A stretch of DNA of 64,000 nt, taken from contig OX597833.1 of assembly GCA_951406725.2 (NCBI GenBank), positions 56,544,001 through 56,608,000 of the forward strand, written 5' to 3'. The notes below the pieces were generated by a model. The model saw nothing but the letters and a program-made list of their open reading frames with translations, had not been told where the DNA came from and made no database searches. The position numbers and the translations under genes were made by a program. The DNA comes from Octopus vulgaris. Lineage: Eukaryota. This document shows, in pieces, positions 26,500-39,834 of the stretch (position 1 is the stretch's first letter; every line of letters begins with the position of its first letter).

Positions 26500-26734
26500 G
26501 GTCTGAGAATCAGACCATCTTACAAGATTCTTTCCCTTTTTCACTATAAGCCCTTACTTCTTTGATTTTATACATCCTGTAGATGAGTAAACCTGTTTTC
26601 CTCCTTGCTGTTCAATTTTTTGGGTACATGGTATGTGAGAATTCGTTTAGAATACAATATCAATGTTATCACATTCCTCTTCCAATCACTTTTCCTTTTT
26701 ATCTCTCTGTACTGCTCTCCCACCCACCATAAAT

Positions 26735-27480
26735 TTAGATAGAGGGAACTTATATTGACGACAAACAGTAGCAATCACAATTGGAAATGAAATAGGGAAA
26801 TATGAGAGGATCAAGAGAAGACTATGACAAAGGCATGTGTTATCATCAGGCCTGTTTTTATTATACAGTGAAATAATTATGCAATCTTTTGAACATTTAC
26901 CAGTGATATGGATAAGAGGACAAAACATCAATAATCATTGTGCAGATGACAAGGTCCTCCTGGCAACATCAGAGAAAGATCTACAAGCTATTATTAATAA
27001 AAGATTGGCTTGAGTTTTAACAGCATAAAACAGAGACATCAACAATTTGCGACATAAGAGTTAATCGAACAACTTTGAAAAAGTCAAAGCTTTAAATTAT
27101 TTGGGAACTATTATTACATCAATTGGGAAAAACATCAAAGAAACTAAATCAAAAATTCAACAGGTGAAAACTACTTTCAATGAGATCAAAAATAAATGGT
27201 GATCCATATGATCGAGAAAAAGTCCTAGGGGTATACACGAACCACATTATTACATATGACTCTGTGACCAGGAACACCAACAAATGAATGCAAAAGCTTT
27301 TCAATGTTGCAGAGATGTAATTTTTTAAATGGTTAGTGAAGATATCCTATAAGTAAGAAAGGTTGAAGTCCGTAGATGAACAGAGATCATGAGAAAATTT
27401 TAATAACATCAGGAGACAACAGGTTAATTTCATTGGACATCCACTTGGTGGAACACTGACAGAAGCTGAAGAAGACAGAG
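26735..27480 (+). pseudogene. Decayed LINE reverse transcriptase (RTE/BovB-like, no PHD insert)
   Basis: Translates as NLY*RQTVAI...KRRL*QRHVLSSGLFLLYSEIIM...GQNINNHCADDKVLLATSEKDLQ...FEKVKALNYLGTIITS, with stops and indels. Confidence 0.8.
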
Positions 27481-28885
27481 GGGGGAAATACTTGATAACT
27501 TTACCAGTTGACAAGAGAAAGACCAAGCCAATAACTTGCTGTCTATAGGAGAGCAGGGATGGAGGGGTTTTTTTTTTTTGCAGATGTCTGTAGATAAGGT
27601 ACATAAATGAAAAACTTTGCTCTACCTTGCTTGTACATTTCCATAAAACTTATGACATACAAATTGTTGATGAATTATTTTAAAGCAGAGTGGCTGTTCA
27701 TCAACCAAGACACGAACAGTTATTCATTCAGCCATTAGTGAGTTGTTCGGTTCAACAGACATGGTATCATGAAAACAAATCACCCAAGTTGGAAAAGAAG
27801 TAATTTAGTGAACTATCAAACTGACTTGTCATTCTCTTCAGCTTTTCATAAGTTTACCTACTTCCAGTCTGCTTCACACAAAGATGAATAAACATACGAA
27901 ATAGGGTTGTAAAATGGGGAAACAGTGACTCGGAGAACAACCACATAAGATCCAGCTGCTCTTTATTTCTAGTAAATTCCCCCTCCAGCTTCCAGTCCCA
28001 ACTTAACCACCCTCTATCCTCTACCATTTATCAGAATTAAATCAAAGACACTACTATTTGTTTTATTCCAAATTGCTTAAAGGAAATCTTCAAGGTGAAG
28101 TAAGTTTTCTTGAAAAAAGAAAACAATAACATATATATTTGATTAGAAAAACAAAAAGGAAATCTTTCATCCCTGAAACTGAAACATCAATTACTTTTAC
28201 CTGCCACAGGTGTGTTTTTATGATTAACAAAGATGTTTTCAACAGGTTTCACTCCTTTTAACATGTTACTATCTATTTTGCCTTTAAATAATGAAAAATG
28301 TTTTGTATATTTATCTTTTTCATTCAATGACTTCATTTTTTAAAAAAACTTTCTTTTAAATGTACAGAGTATAAGATAATTAAAGTGATAACGATGTTAT
28401 CAGAGCTCCTATATCATAATGTTTAGTTTATTTTCTTAACCCTGAAATAACAGAATGGTGTCTAGAGTTACCTAACCAAGTAACCAAGAAAATAAAAAGT
28501 GAGGCTGTTAGAAAGAAAATACCAAAAACAAAATAGTTAAAGATAAAATGAAACTCATAAAATATAGAAGACAAAGCGGCTCAAAATTGAAACAAGATCT
28601 TCTTAATTCTCAACCAGGCCCTTTAAAATGAAATTTCTCAATCAAAATTTTGTTAATGACCAACTGTCCTAACTATTAGTCACCAATTCTTTGACTTTAA
28701 AGAACAAATAGGAAATTAGTTAATTAATTAATCAATTTATAAATTGCTTGGGGTGTGGTGATCTGGTGGAAATGGGAAAGTACTGAATTAATAACATACA
28801 GTATTCCAGTAAATTGTTACATTCCAGTAAATTTTGAATTAGAATTCTGATTTTGTCTTGATATTTTCAAATCTGGAGTCAATAG

Positions 28886-28924
<39 letters not shown>

Positions 28925-30282
28925 ACCCATACACAGTCATGGAAAGCAGACCTAGAAAGATGATGATGATGATATATTATAATTCAGTCTTAACTTAATT
29001 CAAGACTATCTAGAACCCCAGGGGGCTCTTAAAGACTTGTATTTAGCTCTGGTTTTAACAGTATTAAGTGTTGATTTTAATAAAAACTTCTTATGTGCCT
29101 GTTTTCAGGTTATATTAGAGACAATTATGACAAAGTACAAATTATCAACTTTCTTTTCCACTCCCAGAGGGTGTATGAATTTTATGAAGCAAGCATTCCA
29201 ATATGACTCATAAACAATTCCTTGGTTATACTTTATTGGCAACTAGCATTAAGAAACTTATTTCAGAATCATTCATATAATGCTGGGCTGAATACAGATG
29301 ACAATAATTATTGACATTATTCTTTCTGGAGCCAGTTTTAGTTTGTTTATCGATTTAGTTTCCATATCTTTTGGCTTTTCACTATAGTATTAATTTGAGT
29401 AATCCCCTCGCCCCCTGTTTCTCACTTTAATCTTTGAATTTCTATACTCAAGTATGACTGTATAGTTAAGAAGTTTGCTTTGCAACCATGATTCCATCTT
29501 CAGTCCCACTGTGTGGTATATTGGACAAGCATCTTCTACTATTGCCCCAGGCCAACCAATGGAATTGATACACAAAAACTGTACAAAGCTCATTGTATAC
29601 ATTATATGTGTGTGTATGTGAGAGAGAGAGAGAGATAGAAAGAAAGAGAGAGTATGGTAACATGTATCGTGCTTTCACTGAATGTTTTGGGGGGGGCTTA
29701 TGTTGTTACAAGCAAACACAGACATCTAATTGACTCCCTCTCTTCAACCCAGTGAGACATCACTCCTGTGACAGTTGTAGGAAGAGAGAGTTGCACCAGA
29801 ACTTCACTTGTACTCCTTTTGAGCTGACTAGACTGAAGCAATGCAAAATGAAATGCCTTGCCCAAGGACAATGTACAACCCAACCTAGGAATTTAACCCA
29901 TGGTATTATGATCATGAGCCAAATACCCCCAATAATTGCACCATGTATCATGCACATAGACACACATGTATATGTGTATACACACACACACATCAGAATT
30001 TTTATCCTTTTATGTCCATTTTCAACGTTGGCATGGATAGAATGGTTCAACTGGATTCAGTGGGTTGGAGGAACTTGTCTAGTTCCAAAGTCTTAATTTT
30101 GGCATAGTTTCAATAGCTGGATACTCTTTCTAAAGCCAAGCACTTGGCAGAGCCTACTGGGGGCATTTTCTCATGTCACTAAAAAACAAGTGGTTGCTTT
30201 ACTATCAGCAAAACTAAAGAGCCCCCTTAGGCCCTGTGTTGTCACAGTAGGGATTGACTACCAATCATTTACAGGCTGTACA

Positions 30283-30513
30283 GGTGGCGAGCTGGCAGAA
30301 ATGTTAGCATGCTGGGTGAAATGCTTAGCGGTATTTTGTCTGCCGTTATGTTCTGAGTTCAAATTCTGCTGAGGTCAACTTTGCCTTTCATCCTTTCGGG
30401 GTCGATAAATTAAGAACCAGTTGCGCACTGGAGTCGATGAAATCGACTTAATCCCTTTGTCTGTCCTTGTTTGTCCCCTCTACGTTTAGCCCCTTATGGG
30501 CAATAAAGAAATA
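30283..30513 (+). mobile_element. SINE family B
   Basis: Full-length homologue of 26281-26499. Confidence 0.85.
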
Positions 30514-30815
30514 AGGGTGCTTTTTTTGTCACACCAGCACTGTTGAGTACCAACTTGCAGCTTGCAAAGTGAAAGAGAGCCTTCATGAATGGTGGAGCAG
30601 ATTTATTATTGTGGGAGGATAGTAACAGAAAGAAAAATAGAGGGAAAAGTGGTATGGTAGGAGTGATGAAGACACAAGAAAGAAGAAGGGGAAGAGTAAT
30701 GTGTGAAGAAGTGAAGGAGACAAAGTGGTTATGGTGTTGTGGTAGGTTGAGTAGGCAGACTCAGTGATAAGATGATTTAGTTCATCTGACATTTCAGATT
30801 ACTTTTATTCTAAAG

Positions 30816-31049
30816 CTGTGGTCATCAACCCAAGGTCTATATAAAATTTTATTTCTAAAATTTATCTGCAATAAATTGGTTATACTTCTACAATATACAA
30901 AATATTTTAACAATTTTTCTTATATAATTCCTAATGATATCTCATTATAAAAATGCTTTTTTAAAACATCGAATGGCTAGGAGGATTCACTTGCATAAAA
31001 TAGGAATCAAAAGGGCCCATACATATAAAAAAATGATTGAGAAACACTG
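30816..31049. mobile_element. hAT (Charlie-like) MITE
   Basis: Ends CTGTGGTCATCAACC and GATTGAGAAACACTG. 8-bp TSD TTCTAAAG at 30808-30815 and 31050-31057. Confidence 0.75.
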
Positions 31050-31946
31050 TTCTAAAGCAATCACGATTCTGATAACTTTTATTTTTCTGTCTAAATAAAA
31101 GACCAATGTTTTGTAAGAGTGAGTTTTACTTTATTTTGTTGACCCTAATACATTGCTAGCACTATTTCACTGACCCAGATAAGGTTGATCCAGTGGGAAT
31201 TGGACTCAAAACAATGTGGCAGTGAAGTAGGTTTGATAGAGAAAGTATCCATTCTGAGACTAGAAAATGGCACGACTGCTTTTGATTCTATGTAGCAAAT
31301 CATTGTTAGGTAGTTAGGAAGGAACAGACATTCTTTTGTAAAAACACTCTAATGAGGCCAACATTTCCAGTACCATTCCAACCATTATGAAATAGAAAGG
31401 GAGATACATACAGAAAATAGAAAAACTTCCTGCTTTCAGTCTTTTAGTCATAATTCCCTATGCTTAGTGTATCCAGGTATGTATAAGTGATTTATTTAAG
31501 TGCTTTGTTAGAATATTTAAATTCACCTGCTACTTTCTTAAAATGTCATCATCCTACTACTGTTACCAATCATAAAAAAAAAAAACTGAAATCAATTTAT
31601 GCATCTTTTGATCAAGATACTATGCCTGTTAGCAATCTGGAATTAAAGTTGAAATAATCAAATCTGTATTTCCTGAGAATAATTCATTCCTGGTAAATGA
31701 ACAGCAGAAACAATAGCAACAGAAGGCAGTATCAAATCAACTGAAATATTCTCTTAACTGTAACTTATTTATGTGAAGTCTGGTGACCTAACATAGAAAT
31801 GGGAAATAACTGAAATCACTTAAATTACAGGTGAATTGAAAATAACAAAGAAATTGGATACTTATATGAACAAACTACAGTTTCTCAAACCATCAAGGGA
31901 AATTCTTCATTGTTACTTGACCTACCAGAAGTAGTTGTAATTTCCT

Positions 31947-32162
31947 TTAACCCTTTACTCTATCAAATGTAATGCTTGTTTATTCATATTGTTTTGAATT
32001 TACCATGCATTATCTTGTAGCTTAGAGATTTCAATAACATGATTGATAATTTTTAGAATGATATTGTTGGGCAGGTGTGAGAGGCCAGGTTTAGCCAGTT
32101 TGACTATAAAACTGGTAGGATATTTGGGCTAGCTACAGCCAGTTTAAATACTAAAAGGTTAA
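31947..32162. mobile_element. piggyBac-like MITE (second family)
   Basis: TTAACCCTTTA ... TAAAAGGTTAA ends. Confidence 0.55.
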
Positions 32163-35100
32163 CTAAAAACTTATTTCCTTATAATATAGTTCTAGATACA
32201 CTGTGTCTGAAAGGAAAAATATAAATGGCCAAGGCTGGAATGTCTTTGATCTTAGATTATTTGAAAAAGAATTTTGCAGCTGATATCCTTCCTGACACTT
32301 ATAATACTGATCCATTTTGACAAAGCCAAATAGTTTAGGTTTGAGGTCAATCACTTGATTCAATATGAGTATAATACTGGTACAAACTTTAATGATCATC
32401 TAAAGCAGGGATGTAAAACTGTTTACCTAGACTCAAATTTGAAAAACCCACTGATAAAGCCTCTTAAAAACACAGATAAAAATGGGAAAAGTTTGAATTC
32501 TATGATCAAAACAGCTATTTTATATAAGTTGCATATCTATGGATTTATAAAATTAAAAATACATTAGTTTTTGCAGCACACACACACACTCCCACAGAGT
32601 GCACTAGCAGTTTGCTCTCTGAACTGAAAAGGTTCCCAACCTCTGCACTGTAGGAACGAAAAGAAATTTGCTCCTGACATAGTTTGAACTCATGTCTGCA
32701 AAAGACATAAACTGGATATTTAATACTGTTACGCATTCCATTTACGACTGCTTCAGCCATCCCTGCCACCATTAATAATGTTGCTGTTGCTGATGAGGTG
32801 GAGGAGGAGGATGTTGTTGTTGACAGTGATGATAATATTTGTACATTTTCGTAAATGACTCTAAGTTAATTATGTGATGTTATTGATTCAAAAAGTAGAT
32901 AAACACTATTAAATCTGATATCACGTCTCCGATCTATATTGGTAACCAATACCAATGCTTATATTTCACAAAACCGTACACTCTTTAAAAAGTGGAGCAA
33001 ATTTTAGAAAATTGTGCAGTCTTTAGGAACTTATCAATAGTGTGGTAATGACTGCCAGATATAAATAGGCGATTTTAATTTGGCTTCAGAGCAGAATAGT
33101 TGAACATCAATGTGGAAATGTTATGTGTGCTTCTGGTGTTGGCAGTTAGCAGTGACTTTGTAGCTTACTTGGTACTTGGGTTCTTTATTTTTTTTTTCAT
33201 TCTTCGTTTGGGGGAAACATTATTTCTTTTTCTCTATTTTCTCAAACTTCTCCAATTTCTCCATCTCCTTTTTCTACTTCTGTCTTCTAACTCCTATCTT
33301 TACTGTAATCTATTTTTTCACATTCTTCCTGACCTCATAACTGTATTCAGTTGAACCAAAGGAAAGGGCTTCTACGTGGCCACTCAAGACTTTAAAAACA
33401 ACAGCTAAATCACCTTACTTGCCTTTAAAAAGGACACAAGGTATAAGGTAGTTCTAGATACAAGGACAACTGTGAAGAAAATGATAGGATGATTTGACCT
33501 GGAATACTTTTGATCATATGTCTGCATGATCAAAACCTAGCTGAATTAAAACAACTTTATTCAGTATTTCAGTCCCAAACTCACAATATATAATTATTCT
33601 TTCAAAAAGTGTCTAATAGATTACTAGTCTTTGCAAAATTTTTATTCGGTTTAAGAGTTAGATATTGATAAGTAACACTTAATCCAGCTTTCTTAAAGGC
33701 CTAGACATGCAGTTTGTTGTTTTTATATCATTGAATAACTTCAGTCAAATCAGCTGCAGCAGAACTTGACATAATAGTTTTATAGTAATTTAGAAGTCTT
33801 ACACCCAAAATAACCAGTCTATTCCAGAACCTTACTGAACAATCAGTGAGCAAGGTTTAGAGTCATATCTCTCTGCAGCTAATTACCTATTAATTACACA
33901 CTAATGATCAAAACCCTTTAACTAAGTCATTATCATTCTGCTCTTGGAGAATACTGGGCTAATCTTTTTAAAAAGGCTGTTCTGCTTGTGTTTGTATGCT
34001 ATCTTACAAATTAGGATTTAGAAAACATCAGTCCCCAAACTTAACACAATACAGATTTGAAAGAAGTAAAATTTAACTGATTGAATTAATTTAAGCACAA
34101 AAACTATGAGGTGATGAACAACTGGTCACATGATCATAAGTTCAAATCTTGTACCAGCTTGTGTGTTGTATCACACTAAATATCACAAAGCATATAGCAA
34201 TTTATGACATTTAACTCAGAAAATGGGTTGTCCATGCTGGCATGGGTTGTTATAGTTCAATAGGAACTGGCAAACCACAGGATTGCACCAAGCTCCAGTA
34301 TCTGTCTTGGCATGATATCTATGGCTGGATGACTCTCCTAATGCCAACCATTTTACTGAATGTACTGGATGCTTTTTACAAGATACCAGTATCAATGAAG
34401 TCACCAAATAACTTGCAAGGCAAGAACCTTCAGCTGAGGTAGGGAGTAGAATTGAGGGTGGTGCCTTTGTGCTAGGTGACAAGAGGTAAAAGTATGACAG
34501 AGGGAGAGAGAAAGGTGTCTTGCTGTAGAGGAGATACATGGCAACCCCAGTTTGAAAAAAGAGAGATGATGGTGGAGAAGATGTGTCTGGGCATACTCTC
34601 AAATTACACAGAGGTGAATATAAGTGGTTATATCTAAATTATTCTAGAAGTATAAGGTTAATTTTAAAATTTTGTATAGTAAGTGTTATCATCAATTTTG
34701 TATAGTAAGCCAAACTAACAAGACCCAAACATATCACTAGATATGATACTAGCAGGATTTGAGCTTAAAACAGAAAGAAATGAAAATAAATTTGAAATTG
34801 CATTTTGTTTGCCTTTGATTTTCATGACTGTCTTAATACACATCCAAAATATAGCAATAAACGATAAATGTTATATTGGCATTATTCATAGCTGTGATTT
34901 TGTCAAGGAATAAAACTTTAATGTATAATTTGAATTTGTTGACAGAGTTATGCAATTAGAAAAGTTACTAAAGAAACATAACACATTCTAAAAAATGGTC
35001 AATTAAGGAAAATTTGGTATCATATGAATTATTAGAATTTTCATTAGAAATTCTCAAATAGTACAGATTAATTGATATAATGATGATATTTTATTACTAA

Positions 35101-35975
35101 TTTTTGTTGTTGCTGCAATTATATCTTTAAATTGTCTGTGAGAAAACTAGGTTAATAACATATTTCCGATACAAAATGGAATGGTTTCTGATAGTCTCGT
35201 CACTGAAATGCATTCATAAAGATAAACAGAAGTGATAAAACTAAAGAACTTTTGCAGATAACCATTAATGAACTATTTGGTCAATACTATAATTTTCTTT
35301 AGGTTTTGATGGTAGAAATTAAGATAGAAGTAAATCAAGACTTCAAGAGTATATTTCAGGAACCATCACTCTATCCAAAGATATCATCAAACTTTGTACT
35401 GAATTATATATCTAACTTTCTACATTAATCATAAAAATAGTAATGACAAGGATAATTATACTCTGAGATTGGACAGAGATGCTGAGAGTGCATGAATTAC
35501 TAGTAATTTATAACATGGTTTTCCATGGCATTCAAACATCTTATAATGTGTAAAAAGTACGTATGTAATTTGATTGAGTTTCCCAGCTACTTTACAGCAT
35601 TTTAGAATTCAATAAAGTAACACATGAAAATCTTCAATTGATATTACAATAGGTGACTGAGTCAGCAGAGTGCTACACAATAGGCAAGAAGAACATAGGT
35701 CATATATCTTGTCGTTAGCGTTGCAGTGTTCCTAGCTAAGACACTTGATTCTTAAATAACAAAGTCAAGCATTAGAGAAAAGAACAAAAGGAAATTAGTG
35801 AAGGCCTGCTTCAGTAAAAATCAATTCAACAATGTTCAGGAAATTGAATAAGTTTTGGAACCACAAAGAGAAAATAATTCTAATATTTGGGGCACAGTTC
35901 TTCATGGGAGAAGTGAATTGGAAGATATAAAAGAGAATTACTTCTAATGAAAATATATGTGTGTGTGTGTGTGTA

Positions 35976-36282
35976 GGCGCAATGGCCCAGTGGTTAGGGC
36001 AGCGGACTCGCAGTTGTAGGATCGCGGTTTCAATTTCAAGACCAGGCGTTGTGAGTGTTTATTGAGCGAAAACACCTAAAGCACCATGAGGCTCCGGCAG
36101 GGGGTGAGGGCGATCCTCACTGTACTCTTTTGCCACAACTTTCTTTCACTCTTTCTTCTGTCGGCCTGCTCGCTTAGCCAGTGAGGTGGCGTCATTTGAA
36201 GGCTAAAACGATGCAAAGTGCATTGTGACCAACGATGTGGAGCAACATCTGATAGCCTGGTCGGTCACGGTGGTCACGGTGA
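35976..36282 (+). mobile_element. tRNA(Arg-TCG)-like-headed SINE (OR-type), different 3' half from the 12.9-kb copy
   Basis: GGCGCAATGGCCCAGTGGTTAGGGCAGCGGACTCGCAG head; ends in (GGTCACGGT)2. Confidence 0.8.
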
Positions 36283-36344
36283 TATATATACATACATATA
36301 TTTTTTAAACTAATGTATATTGATATACATTTACATGCAGATGC

Positions 36345-36635
36345 ATGGGCCTAATGGTTAGGGTGTTGCACTCGTGATTGTGAGATCATGGTTTCAGTTT
36401 CTAGACTGAGTGATGTGTTGTGTTCTTGAACAAAACACTTCATCTCACATTGCTCTGCAATCACTTTGACACATGACATGTGGTATACCATGCACCTGTT
36501 CAGGCAATGTCGATTTGATTGTGGGAGTGAACTAATGTACAGCACATATATTTGATCACTATAAACAAATCATTTGTGTAGGTTGTTCAGCAAAAGCTGA
36601 ACACTTATACATCATCTTCGATGGGAGAGTCCATG
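36345..36635 (+). mobile_element. Old tRNA-derived CORE-like SINE (relatives on minus at ~29840-29920 and ~63490-63610)
   Basis: TGGGCCTAATGGTTAGGGTGTTGCACTCGTGA head, then TGTTCTTGAACAAAACACTTCATCTCACATTGCTC. Confidence 0.55.
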
Positions 36636-38361
36636 ATGCATTTAATAAAAATTGATAACTTGTCATGAAAACTGCTTAATGTATATATTTACTGTCAATC
36701 AAATTAATTTTGAGATCCATGTTTACAGTTCCTTAGGCCATTATCTTAACAAAGATTTGAACTATCAGAAACTTCTATACTTTAGCACAAAGTTTAAGTC
36801 AGAACATTCCAGATATATAAAATAACTTTGTAATATATATCTTCATGGTATAAACATGGCAAAAATATTAAAACAAATATAGTGTCAGTTGGTGAATAAG
36901 TTTGAATCATATAAGTTGGGTGGATGGTTTATTTACAGAGGGGCTTCAAAACATTGGACTATACTAATAAATTTTCACAATCTTAAGATTACTAATCTAA
37001 TTTTGTTATATCCATTTCTGATGTCTATATATGAAACATAGAAACACTTAACAGTTCTATACCATGTTGATATCGGTTAGCAATTTAGAAGAAATATTAG
37101 GAAAAGATTATGCATATTTTATAAGATATGTCTTAGTTTCAGGATATTTCAAAATATAGGATTTCCTTATCATGGCATGCAGTAACTGTGGGAGGTTTGA
37201 TAGTTGTTTCAAATAACAAAATTGGATTTCAAGAATCGTAAACCAATTCTTAGCACAGTTGAAAGTGATATTTTCTTATACATTATGATGTAAAGAATGT
37301 CTTTCTAACAATTAAAGTTTAACACGGTTGTTTTGTATCATTTCTGACTTGCAATTTCTCTTTAATATTTGATGATGCTACAACACAGAACCATTTTAAA
37401 TTCAATCATAGCATTTGAAAGTGTTTGACAAATACTTTAAATTAAGTTATCTTTAGCAATCATGTAATGTGTTTTTATAATTGTTCCTTGAAATAATTTC
37501 ATGAAAGTGCTTAAAATATAAAATATTTTAAAGTGATTTATTATGATCAATATCTTCGGAACTGTTTATGTAATATTGAGATTAAATTAGATTGTGGAGT
37601 TGCTTCAGAAATAAAGTGAATATTTAACAATTGAATTTCATAATTCTTTGTTCAAATCCCCCAAATTCTGTGGTTTTCATTAAGTTAGTAGCCATAATAT
37701 ACTGTAGTTTAGCAGACTGACTATACCACTTCCTCTTCAAGAAGGCTGTTCAGGCTTCAGTGAACATACAATGAAGCCAAAATAATTACTTTGAAGAAAT
37801 AAAAATATTAATCCATTACATTTGCTTGAACCTCAGACTACTTACAAATGTGTAAGCAAAAATATAATATTGTAATTTGGGTTAATAGTCTAATATTCTT
37901 GTTTCTAACCTTTGTAACATATGTAGTTTATTTTGGAGAAAAAAGCCCAAACACCAAACAAACAATAAACTACTTTATGTGAAACCCAATAATAATCAAT
38001 GTTGTAAAATAGAAAGTTTTCAGTATGTGTTATCCTTATTACTGATATGTTTTCTGTAAACTATAGATTTTTTTCCTTAAATAAATAATAAAAAAAAAAA
38101 GTATTTATTGTTCAATGTTTTATTAAGTGTCTATTTAGAGTGAAAACAGTTATAAATGGAATGTTTTTTCTTGGTGGAGTCATAGTTTGAGATTCATTTA
38201 GACTGTTTTAGACAAAACATGTCTGCCAATCTTTATCTCGCTGTCTCACGTACACGAAACATTTTCTGAAAATCATGCTAACTACAAATAAGTTAATCAA
38301 CATTTTGTTGTCAGAAATCCAATGAAAAATGGCTGGAATAATTATGCATTCTCTAAACCAT

Positions 38362-38584
38362 TTCCTAATATACACATTGTCATCCATCAAATTTCAAATC
38401 CACAAGTAGGTTACATGTCAGCATAATAAAAAAAATGATTCTATATTATAATGACTGAAAAAAAGTAAGAAATATTGATTTACTTAAATACTAAGGGAAC
38501 AAACCGAAATACTTTTTTATTATGCTGACATGTAACCTACTTGTGGATTTGAAATTTGATGGATGACAATGTGTATATTAGGAA
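38362..38584. repeat. Perfect 72-bp inverted repeat with 79-nt spacer
   Basis: 38362-38433 is the exact reverse complement of 38513-38584. Confidence 0.95.
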
Positions 38585-38741
38585 TATTTCTGGGAAGAGG
38601 GTATTTTCAAGTTAAAGGAAAGATGGAGACACATTGTGCAACAAAATGCTTCATATTTGATTGCTTAAAAATGTAATGGCAAGTATTTATTGACCTTTTC
38701 CTTTCCTTTAAAAATCGGCACGAACTTTCCAGACAACCCAA
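38585..38741 (+). mobile_element. mariner transposon 3' end relic
   Basis: FWEEGIFKLKERWRHIVQQNASYLIA* resembles the mariner transposase C-terminus; TIR-like AAAATCGGCACGAACTTTCCAGACAACCCAA|TA. Confidence 0.75.
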
Positions 38742-38768
38742 TATTATTTTTTTATTATTTATTATATT

Positions 38769-38888
38769 AGACCTGATGAGTGACTATATTTTTAAATAGA
38801 ATTAATTTTAGATCGATTTAATTTTAAATCGAATTGATTTTATTATTATTATCTATTTGAAAATATAGTCATGAAACATGTGTAGTCT
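38769..38888 (+). ncRNA. Type I hammerhead ribozyme-like motif (Penelope/retrozyme-type)
   Basis: AGAC-CTGATGA-[20-bp stem II, 38780-38799/38853-38872]-GAAA-C-ATGT-GT-A-GTCT. Stem I AGAC/GTCT; predicted cleavage after A38884. Confidence 0.65.
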
Positions 38889-39012
38889 TTTTACTACTAT
38901 TTACTATTTATTGTACTTTATTGATTTTTAGAATAAGGTTTTTATAGTATATGTTTTCTATATGGTGTGAATAACATCGTTCATTATTGAATTAATAGAG
39001 GATTTTCTCTAA

Positions 39013-39054
<42 letters not shown>

Positions 39055-39134
39055 ATAAATATTAGGGAATAAATCCAAATTTACAGGGGAAAAAATCAGA
39101 TTTAGGATTAAATCCAATTTTATAGTAAAATATT

Positions 39135-39230
39135 ATATAATATTAATTCAAGACAAAACCACTATTATATTATATTTCTTTCCTGGTTTGTTTTGCAAAA
39201 TAGTGGCTTTGTCTCGAATTAATATTATAT
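39135..39230. repeat. 32-bp inverted repeat, possibly Penelope-like terminal-repeat pieces
   Basis: 39135-39166 vs 39199-39230, 2 mismatches. Confidence 0.7.
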
Positions 39231-39333
39231 ATATATATATTTATATATGCATGTATATATACATGTAGATGTCGGTACGTACATATATGTTTGTATGTAT
39301 GCATATATTTTATTTATTACACTATATATATAT

Positions 39334-39442
39334 ATATCACGTTGAAAGCACCGGTTCTCGTATGATCACCGAAGTTAAGCAACGTCGAGCCTAGTCAGTA
39401 CTTAGATGGGTGACTGCTTGGGAAACTTAGGTGCCGTAAGCA
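39334..39442 (+). pseudogene. 5S rRNA-derived sequence lacking about the first 10 nt
   Basis: ATATCACGTTGAAAGCACCGGTTCTCGT..GATCACCGAAGTTAAGCAACGTCGAGCC..AGTACTTAGATGGGTGACTGCTTGGGAA..GGTGCCGTAAGC matches metazoan 5S. No oligo-T terminator. Confidence 0.9.
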
Positions 39443-39834
39443 TAGCACATTGTTCAGCAGTGGTGCCCCAGCATGGCCACGGCCTTCAGGCTAAAACATT
39501 TTAAGGATTTAAGGATATATATATATATATATACAAATATATAAAAACACTACACTCATTATTATATTAGGAGATAGTAACATATAATAACAGTTTCAAT
39601 AATGAGTACAATTTTAAAAATAAAAAGAAAAGAGCAAATGCCAAGATAAACATTGAAAAAAATGAAAAATACCAACAATAGAAATAACCACTGAACACAA
39701 TATTTGAGCCAATGGTAGAGCCTCTGTACGGTAATTTGACTAGCTAGAAATGGAAGCCAAATCTTCCTTAAATCACATCCTGCCATCATCAGCAGCATCA
39801 CCACCACCATGACCATCACCACCACCACCACCAT

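Noticed and set aside
39334-39442. Functional 5S rRNA gene
   Set aside because: 5' end missing, substitutions present, no oligo-T terminator, not in an array.
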